The notes under the pieces were generated by a model. The model ran no database searches, was not told the DNA's origin, and saw only the letters and a list, made by a program, of their open reading frames with translations. This document shows positions 19,338 through 25,712 of a stretch of DNA of 25,849 bases, one piece after another. Source of the DNA: Pseudomonadota bacterium (GTDB lineage Bacteria > UBA10199 > 2-02-FULL-44-16 > JBDRGF01); NCBI GenBank assembly GCA_043818055.1, contig JBDRGF010000036.1:1-25849 (forward strand). Reading direction: 5' to 3'. The translations under genes were made by a program, and so were the position numbers. Positions within the stretch are counted from its first letter, which is position 1; the number at the start of each line of letters is the position of its first letter.

Positions 19338-19988
19338 ATGGAACAACAAGCTACCACATTGGCCGAAAGAATTAAGAAGGCGCGTGCGGGAACCCCGTAT
19401 AGTGCGGAAGCACAATTGGAACAACTGATTATCTTCCGCCTCGGAGAGGATGAATTTGGGGTTAGGATTGATGAGGTGAGGGAGATCATCAAAGCGGGAT
19501 CCATAACTCCCATACCCGATTCGCCTGAATTTATAAGAGGTATAATTAACGTAAGGGGAGAGGTGATCATCACGGTAGATCTCAAGTCGCGTTTCTTTCT
19601 CCACTTAAAACGAAAGATCGAAAATCTGCACATAATTGTTACCAGAGAAGAAAGAAATCCGTTTGGACTTCTCGTTGATGAGGTCACCGAGGTGATGAGA
19701 CTGCCTAAATCTGACATAAAAGACACACCCGGTCTTGTGACCAAGATTCACGAGGATTATGTTGTCGGTGTGGTGACGCACGAAAATCGTTTGATTATCC
19801 TTCTCGATCTCAAAAAGGTTCTATCAGAGAATGAGCTTGTGAAATTGACGGATGTACAGAGAAAACACGGTGCAACATTAGATTACGCAGAAGAGGCGCA
19901 GGTTGTTGACAAGGCTGTATCAGTTAAGGAGACAAAAACAGCTATTGGTGCCAGAGATAACGGGAAAAAGAAATCAAAGAAAAAATAG
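19338..19988 (+). CDS. cheW: Chemotaxis coupling protein CheW with N- and C-terminal extensions
   Basis: LIIFRLGEDEFGVRIDEVREII, ITPIPDSPEFIRGIINVRGEVI, FGLLVDEVTEV, LIILLDLKKVL. Confidence 0.95.
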   Translation: MEQQATTLAERIKKARAGTPYSAEAQLEQLIIFRLGEDEFGVRIDEVREIIKAGSITPIPDSPEFIRGIINVRGEVIITVDLKSRFFLHLKRKIENLHIIVTREERNPFGLLVDEVTEVMRLPKSDIKDTPGLVTKIHEDYVVGVVTHENRLIILLDLKKVLSENELVKLTDVQRKHGATLDYAEEAQVVDKAVSVKETKTAIGARDNGKKKSKKK

Positions 19989-20047
19989 CGTTGTGAGTCA
20001 TGAATTAAGACTGCATGTCGCGTTACGCTAACAACCCGGGGGTTAAT

Positions 20048-20410
20048 ATGTCGAAAATAATGATCGTGGACGATTCATCATTTATCAGGCTGAGGTTGAA
20101 AAACATCTTAAAGGAGAGAAAACACGATATTGTGGAGGCGAAATCGGGTCCCGAGGCCGTAATGCTATTCAAAAAGGAGAAGCCCGATCTGGTTTTTCTG
20201 GATATCATCATGCCTGAAGGTGAGGAGGAGGGTGTCAACATCTTGAAAGAGATTATGAAAATAGATTCCAAAACCAAAGTCTTAATGCTCACCGCCGTGG
20301 GATATGACAAGATTGTGGCAGAGTGTAAATCGATTGGCGCAAAGGAATATATTATCAAACCATTTACAGAAGAAGAGGTGCTTGGAATGGTGGATAAATA
20401 CCTGGCGTAG
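20048..20410 (+). CDS. cheY: Chemotaxis response regulator CheY
   Basis: Stand-alone REC domain: IMIVDDS, PDLVFLDIIMP, MLTAVG, YIIKPF; position in the che operon. ATG 20048 gives 120 aa. Confidence 0.9.
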   Translation: MSKIMIVDDSSFIRLRLKNILKERKHDIVEAKSGPEAVMLFKKEKPDLVFLDIIMPEGEEEGVNILKEIMKIDSKTKVLMLTAVGYDKIVAECKSIGAKEYIIKPFTEEEVLGMVDKYLA

Positions 20411-20451
20411 AGCGTGTAGTATTATAATCTCCCTTACGATGGAGCGATGAA

Positions 20452-21504
20452 TTGATAACAGCCCGAACAATCAAAGTTCTCATAGTTGATGATTCACTGT
20501 TTATGCGCCAGTTGATATCGCGCATGCTTGAGTGCGCCCCTGATATAACTGTTATCGATACCGCCAAAGATGGTGATTCAGCCCTCCAAAAAATTGCAGC
20601 ATTAAAGCCGGACGTCGTGACCATGGATCTCAAGATGAAGGGGTTGGATGGATTGACGACATTAAAAAGGATCATGAAAGAATGTCCGACGCCTGTCGTA
20701 ATACTCTCCGCGTATAGTAAAGAAGATGCTGATATTACACTGCAATGCCTCGGCGCAGGCGCAGTGAGTTTTCTCCTAAAACCCTCGGGGGAGTTATCCC
20801 TCGATATAGAGGTAGTTAAAGACCATCTTTTAGAACAGATCAGGGCGGCTTCAAAGGTCAATGTTGGGAAGATCAAATCGCTAGCGGCAAAGGGTGAGGG
20901 TGCCCCTGAGTGTGGTCTTACCGGTATAGACAAGATCATAGTTATCGGGGCATCAACAGGGGGGCCTCAGTCGCTGGAGGTGATACTCTCCTTTCTTCCC
21001 AGAGATTTTCCCGCGTCGATCATAGTTGTTCAACACATGCCGACAATAGCCTTCACAGAAAGCGTAGTGAGAAGGCTAAAAAAGGTCTGTAAGTTGGTCG
21101 TAAAAGTTGCTGAGGATGATGAGTATCTCCATCCGGGCACGGTTTACTTTGTTCCAGCCGGTTATGATCTGTTGCTGATCGCGAGTCGCTTGTCGTTGGT
21201 TGCCGACAAAGAGAGTAGCAGCGCTCAGCGACATTTTATCACCCCATCGATCAATGAGACCATGAAAAAAGTTTCGGCTATATATAAAGACAAGATGCTT
21301 GGAATAATACTGACCGGCATGGGTTCCGACGGAGTAACTGGCATGGGAACGATCAAGGAACATGGCGGTAAAACTATCGCGCAGGACGAATCTTCTCTAA
21401 TATTTGGTATGCCCAAAGAGGTAATCGACGCGGGCTTCGCCGATAAAGTGTTGCCACTGGAGAAGATCGCCGATGATATGCTAAAGTTTGTTGGTAGTGG
21501 ATAG
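20452..21504 (+). CDS. cheB: Chemotaxis methylesterase CheB (REC + esterase)
   Basis: VLIVDDS, PDVVTMDLKM; catalytic triad motifs IGASTGGP, VQHMP, ILTGMGSDG; IAQDES..FGMPK. Confidence 0.95.
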   Translation: MITARTIKVLIVDDSLFMRQLISRMLECAPDITVIDTAKDGDSALQKIAALKPDVVTMDLKMKGLDGLTTLKRIMKECPTPVVILSAYSKEDADITLQCLGAGAVSFLLKPSGELSLDIEVVKDHLLEQIRAASKVNVGKIKSLAAKGEGAPECGLTGIDKIIVIGASTGGPQSLEVILSFLPRDFPASIIVVQHMPTIAFTESVVRRLKKVCKLVVKVAEDDEYLHPGTVYFVPAGYDLLLIASRLSLVADKESSSAQRHFITPSINETMKKVSAIYKDKMLGIILTGMGSDGVTGMGTIKEHGGKTIAQDESSLIFGMPKEVIDAGFADKVLPLEKIADDMLKFVGSG

Positions 21505-21530
21505 TTATGAGAACAGATTTCCCCTATGGT

Positions 21531-21624
21531 GTCATTGCGAGGAGCCAGGATGGCGACGTGGCAATCTAGGGGAATGCCCCCGTGCCTGCCCTTTTAAGAA
21601 GGCAGCCGCGGAGGGTTGCTTAAC
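21531..21624. repeat. GTCATTGCGAG element (copy 2) fused to a degenerate copy of the 11588 REP doublet
   Basis: GTCATTGCGAGGAGCCAGGATGGCGACGTGGCAATCT (21531-21567), then TAGGGGAATGCCCCCGTGCCTGCCCTTTTAAGAAGGCAGCCGCGGAGGGTTGC, colinear with 11589-11641. Confidence 0.7.
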
Positions 21625-21662
21625 AAAGAAAGTCGGTGGAACGCTTTATCGTATGATTAATA

Positions 21663-21704
21663 CTCTACGCTAAACGCTATCCGCTAACTATTATACGCTG
21701 ACTA
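21663..21704. repeat. Heptamer array (right-arm orientation) before cheA
   Basis: CTCTACG CTAAACG CTATCCG CTAACTA TTATACG CTGACTA. Confidence 0.85.
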
Positions 21705-23455
21705 TGACAACAGAAAAACTGACAGAGATTCAAGAGTTCAATGACGCCTTTCTCAGGGAGGCAAATGAGCATCTTGAATCGATGAACGATGCCCTCCTTA
21801 AAATGGAAAAAAAACCGGGTGATATGAATCTTGTCTATAGGATCTTTCACGCCGCTCATTCTTTCAAGTCGATGGCCGCGCTGATGGAGTACCGAAAGAC
21901 CGAAACATTATGTCATGCGATGGAGGATGTCCTGTCGGCTGTTAAGAAGAAAGAGATTAAGTTAGAACAGTGTATCGATATACTCTTTGAATCGGTCGAC
22001 AAGTTGGAATCAACTGTTAAGAATATAGCCAAAGGAAAAAAAGAACTCGATGCCTCTGCACTTGTTAATAAGCTGCGCAGACTGGCGAAGCAGGATGAGC
22101 GGATAGCGGATAGCGTAGAGCGTATAGAAGACCAGGACGTCGATGATATGCCAGACTCCGAACTCACAACTCAGAACTCAGAACTTGTCCACACACCCAT
22201 ATCTACCATCGAAGTCAAAGTCGAGCGTCTTGATCGTCTCATGAATCTGGCCGAGGAGCTTTTAGTCAATAAGATGTGGATGGACAGAATCAAAGGGGAT
22301 CTCGAATCGCCGGAACTTACCTCCGCCGTGAACAACCTGGACAGGTTGGTAACCGAGATCCAGTTCGACGTTATGCAGTCACGGCTTGTACCTATCGGTT
22401 TCGTATTCAGGCGATTTCCAAGAATGGTGAGGGACATGGCCAAGCAGCAGGGAAAGAGGATCGAATTGCAGATGGAGGGAAGCGATATAGAATTGGACAG
22501 GGCCATTATAGATGAAATAGGCGAGGCCATGGGCCATCTCTTAAGAAACTGCATCGACCATGGTATTGAGAAGCCGGATGAAAGAAAGAGAGCAGGCAAA
22601 CCGCCTGAAGCTATCATCAAGTTGACGGCGCTCAGGGACAGGGGGCTTGCTGTCATTGAGATCCAGGACGACGGTCGCGGGCTTGATGTTGAAGAGATAA
22701 AAAGGACCGCAATAAAAACGGGGTTGTTGACTCAGGGCGCAAGCAGGGAAGATGTAATAGATACCGTCTTCCATGGTCTGAGTACGACAAAGCAGGTTAC
22801 TAAGACCTCCGGCAGAGGTTTTGGCCTGAATATCGTTAAAAAAAAGGTGGAGTCTCTGGGCGGTGTAATCAAGATAGAGACTGCTGAGAAAGAGGGAACC
22901 GTTTTCAGGATAGAGGTTCCCCTGACACTTGCCGTTATCAAATCGCTCTTTGTGGGTGTGGGTGGAAAATCCTATGCGATCCCTGTTGCGAATGTGGTGC
23001 GACTCGTCACAGTTAAAAAAGATGAAATAAAGGGGATGCTGGAAAACGAAGGCATAATATTAGATGGAGAGGATATCCCAATAACCCGCCTTAATGTGTT
23101 GTTTAAGACTAAAGACAATGATGGGCGTACAGCGGATAGCGCAGAACAACATAAGCGGGTAGCGGATAGCGTAGAGCGTATAGAAAAAGATGATGATCTA
23201 TCCGCTATACGCCATACGCTAAACGCTAGTGAGAATCTGCCCATGGTTATTGTAAAAAAGGGTGGAGAGATGATGGGACTTTTAGTGGACGAATTGCTGA
23301 GCACTCAGGAGATAGTCATCAAGCCGCTTCATAGATTGATGACAGAGGAGGGGTATTCCAATAAATACTTTGCCGGTTCAGCAATCATCGGAACAGGAGA
23401 GGCCATATTGGTGCTGGATGTTGGAAATTTAGTTTTATCTTGTCGTGGCGCATGA
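21704..23455 (+). CDS. cheA: Chemotaxis histidine kinase CheA lacking P2, with repeat-derived insertions
   Basis: P1 IFHAAHSFKS; P3 VKVERLDRLMNLAEEL; P4 HLLRNCIDHGIE, DDGRGLD, SGRGFGLNIV; P5 PLTLAVI...QEIVIKPL...LVLDV; only 583 aa. Confidence 0.96.
   Translation: MTTEKLTEIQEFNDAFLREANEHLESMNDALLKMEKKPGDMNLVYRIFHAAHSFKSMAALMEYRKTETLCHAMEDVLSAVKKKEIKLEQCIDILFESVDKLESTVKNIAKGKKELDASALVNKLRRLAKQDERIADSVERIEDQDVDDMPDSELTTQNSELVHTPISTIEVKVERLDRLMNLAEELLVNKMWMDRIKGDLESPELTSAVNNLDRLVTEIQFDVMQSRLVPIGFVFRRFPRMVRDMAKQQGKRIELQMEGSDIELDRAIIDEIGEAMGHLLRNCIDHGIEKPDERKRAGKPPEAIIKLTALRDRGLAVIEIQDDGRGLDVEEIKRTAIKTGLLTQGASREDVIDTVFHGLSTTKQVTKTSGRGFGLNIVKKKVESLGGVIKIETAEKEGTVFRIEVPLTLAVIKSLFVGVGGKSYAIPVANVVRLVTVKKDEIKGMLENEGIILDGEDIPITRLNVLFKTKDNDGRTADSAEQHKRVADSVERIEKDDDLSAIRHTLNASENLPMVIVKKGGEMMGLLVDELLSTQEIVIKPLHRLMTEEGYSNKYFAGSAIIGTGEAILVLDVGNLVLSCRGA
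22097..22186 (+). repeat. Two in-frame heptamer arrays in the CheA P1-P3 linker
   Basis: GAGCGGA TAGCGGA TAGCGTA GAGCGTA TAG (22097-22127) and AGACTCC GAACTCA CAACTCA GAACTCA GAACTT (22153-22186). Confidence 0.85.
23123..23228. repeat. In-frame heptamer hairpin element inside CheA P5
   Basis: AAGCGGG TAGCGGA TAGCGTA GAGCGTA TAG (23153-23183), 14-nt loop, CTATCCG CTATACG CCATACG CTAAACG CTA (23198-23228); three more heptamers at 23123-23143. Confidence 0.9.
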
Positions 23456-23475
23456 CGCTAAAATAGGAGGCAATA

Positions 23476-24072
23476 ATGAAGAATCCAATCAAAACAAGGA
23501 TGACTGAGGTCAATGAGAATGCGGCTCGAAACACGTCGGAGGCAATGACCAAATTGATTGGCAGACAGGTTGACGTTACGATCAAGCGCTCGGAAGTGAT
23601 CAATGTGAAAGATGTCAGTCCGGACATAAAGTCCGAGGATATCGTAGCCGGAATATATCTGCCTATTACGGGTGAGGCCAAAGGAGCTGCATTAGTGATC
23701 TTTCCCGATACCACCGCATTCAAACTTTGTGATCTCCTTATGGAAAAAGAACAAGGCACGACGCGACAGATCACCAAGATGGATGAAGCCGCGTTGAAAG
23801 AGGTTGGTAATATTATCTGCGGAAGCTACTTTACAATTCTCTCGAACAAACTCGATATCAAGATAATTGAAAACATCCCCGACTTCAGTTTTACGATGTT
23901 CGGTTCAATAATGGAGGAGATTATCGCTAACTATGTGCTGCGGACTGAAAAAGCTCTGGTCATTGAGGTGATAATTGATATCAAACCACTTACGCTTAAA
24001 GGATATTTTATTCTGCTGTTTGAGACAGAAAATATCGAAGCGATGTTATCTTCATTCGAAGAATTGAAATAA
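23476..24072 (+). CDS. cheC: CheC-family CheY-P phosphatase
   Basis: SEAMTKLIGRQVDV, AALKEVGNIICGSYFTILSN, IENIPDF; located between cheA and cheD. Confidence 0.88.
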   Translation: MKNPIKTRMTEVNENAARNTSEAMTKLIGRQVDVTIKRSEVINVKDVSPDIKSEDIVAGIYLPITGEAKGAALVIFPDTTAFKLCDLLMEKEQGTTRQITKMDEAALKEVGNIICGSYFTILSNKLDIKIIENIPDFSFTMFGSIMEEIIANYVLRTEKALVIEVIIDIKPLTLKGYFILLFETENIEAMLSSFEELK

Positions 24073-24109
24073 AGGAGATTGGCGGAGCGCTTCACCACAT
24101 GATTAATTT

Positions 24110-24132
24110 CATGCGCTAAACGCTATCCGCTC
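24110..24132. repeat. Heptamer array (right arm) at the cheC-cheD junction
   Basis: CATGCG CTAAACG CTATCCG CTC; shares CGCTAAACGCTATCCGCT with 21668-21685. Confidence 0.75.
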
Positions 24133-24139
24133 GAAGCTG

Positions 24140-24628
24140 ATGGAGAAAAATGTCAAAATGGGTGAGATAGCGTTTTCTAAGGAGACTGAGACTCTGGTTT
24201 CTGCCGGTGTCGGCTCCTGTCTGGTCATTACGCTCTATGACCCGAAATTGAAGTTCGGCGCGATGGCACACGCAGTACTCGCCAGATCAGTGTATAGCAT
24301 AGAACTTATGGCTGCCAGGAAAAAGGATCTAAAAACTGCCCGCTATCTGCTGGACACGAAGTACGTGCAGGATGCCATAGATGCCATGCTTGTCAGAATG
24401 CAGGATGCGGGCTCGAGAAATTCGAATATAGAGGCAAAACTCGTCGGCGCCGCAAACATGTTTTCTTCGCTAGAGACCGGTGTGGGCAGGGAATCTATCG
24501 ATGAGGCAAAAAAGAGGCTGAAGGAAAAGGGCATAAAAATCGTAGGCGAATCGGTCGGAGGAAACATGGGAAGGTCGGTAGACTTCAACCCGAAGAGCGG
24601 AATTGTTACGGTGTCAATAAAGTTTTGA
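24140..24628 (+). CDS. cheD: Chemoreceptor glutamine deamidase CheD
   Basis: VKMGE, GVGSCLVITLYD (Cys), GAMAHAVL (His), EAKLVGAANMF, ESVGGNMGRSVDF. Confidence 0.93.
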   Translation: MEKNVKMGEIAFSKETETLVSAGVGSCLVITLYDPKLKFGAMAHAVLARSVYSIELMAARKKDLKTARYLLDTKYVQDAIDAMLVRMQDAGSRNSNIEAKLVGAANMFSSLETGVGRESIDEAKKRLKEKGIKIVGESVGGNMGRSVDFNPKSGIVTVSIKF

Positions 24629-24678
24629 GTTATAAGGATTAAAAAATAAACTTAATCCTTACAGCTTATGGCTAAGTA
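24620..24678. repeat. 7-periodic AT-rich hairpin at the cheD-REC junction
   Basis: TGAGTTATAAGGATTAA (24626-24642) pairs with TTAATCCTTACAGCTTA (24652-24668); right arm CTTAATC CTTACAG CTTATGG CTAAGTA; contains the cheD stop. Confidence 0.65.
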
Positions 24679-24689
24679 GCGGAGTAAAA

Positions 24690-25454
24690 ATGAAGCGAGT
24701 CCTACTCATAGAGCCCGACAAAGAGCTCGCCGGGTCGTTTGTCGGCTGGCTTGAAGGGAATAACATAGGCGTTAAGCTTGTGGATGATCCGGATGGTACG
24801 CTGAATCTTCTCTCTAATGATCAATTCGATATGTTGATTGTCGATATCGATTATCCCGGAACGACCGAATCTCTTCTTGAACTCTGCAAAACCCTTAAAC
24901 AAGATACCCGTTACTCAGATATCCCGATAACAGTTCTTACGTTCAAGAAGGAGGTGGAGAAGATTGCAGCCGCAATTGAATCGGGCGTAGATGGCTTGAT
25001 ACTCAAACCCTTTGAAACCGGATATTTTATAGATCGTATAGAGGCGTTACTCGCACAGAGCAAACTTAAAAAAAAGGGTAAAAAGGTCCTGGATCTCAAC
25101 TTTATCAATTTCATAATCAATCTTGCGATCGACCTTGACCGTGATGGATTTTTTGCCCTCATGACAACGGTGTTTAACGAGTTAATTATAAATAAAACCA
25201 AAGGGATTCTCGGTGAACCGGTCATAATAGTTCTCATGAAAAGGATCAATGAGATGATGGAAGACGACTGTGCATTTATGAAGCAGATGCAATTTGCAGA
25301 TGGTCGTTTTCGGCTTGATGAAATTGCTATGGCTGCAAAGAATGTGAGCCCTGACAAACTTGCTATTGGCTGTAGAAGATACATAGATTATTTTTTATAT
25401 CTGATTCAGACATTGACATCGGATGTCCTGATGGACAAGGGGAGGATCCGCTAG
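24690..25454 (+). CDS. Response regulator: REC domain plus unrecognised helical C-terminal domain
   Basis: VLLIEPD, DMLIVDIDYP, IPITVLT, GVDGLILKPF; the ~130-aa C-terminus has no motif I recognise. Confidence 0.85.
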   Translation: MKRVLLIEPDKELAGSFVGWLEGNNIGVKLVDDPDGTLNLLSNDQFDMLIVDIDYPGTTESLLELCKTLKQDTRYSDIPITVLTFKKEVEKIAAAIESGVDGLILKPFETGYFIDRIEALLAQSKLKKKGKKVLDLNFINFIINLAIDLDRDGFFALMTTVFNELIINKTKGILGEPVIIVLMKRINEMMEDDCAFMKQMQFADGRFRLDEIAMAAKNVSPDKLAIGCRRYIDYFLYLIQTLTSDVLMDKGRIR

Positions 25455-25498
25455 TGTGTGTCCTCATTTTTTTAAAAAATTATGTAATACAATGTGTT

Positions 25499-25557
25499 GT
25501 CATTGCGAGGAGTGAAACGACGAAGCAATCTCGGGGTGAGCAAAAACCGAGATCGCC
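25499..25557. repeat. GTCATTGCGAG-type palindromic element, copy 3
   Basis: GTCATTGCGAGGAGTGAAACGACGAAGCAATCTCGG...CCGAGATCGCC. Confidence 0.7.
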
Positions 25558-25595
25558 AGGGTTGAAAAAAAATAACATAAAGGAGCTGGAAAAAA

Positions 25596-25712
25596 ATGCA
25601 TAAAATTTTGATTGTGGATGATTCTGTGGATCATTTAGAGATGTTAAAACTTGCGCTGGAGTCAGCCAGTTTTGAAGTTATTGCAGAGTCTGATCCTAAC
25701 AGGGTGGTTAAG
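25596..25712 (+). pseudogene. 5' fragment of a response regulator gene interrupted by an IS
   Basis: MHKILIVDDSVDHLEMLKLALESASFEVI is a REC N-terminus with an AAGGAG RBS; similarity stops before the phospho-Asp strand, where IS sequence begins. Confidence 0.8.

Noticed and set aside
23123..23228. CheA insertion as an intein or self-splicing intron
   Set aside because: Far too short, lacks intein C/S...HN termini and group I/II intron features, and keeps the reading frame open
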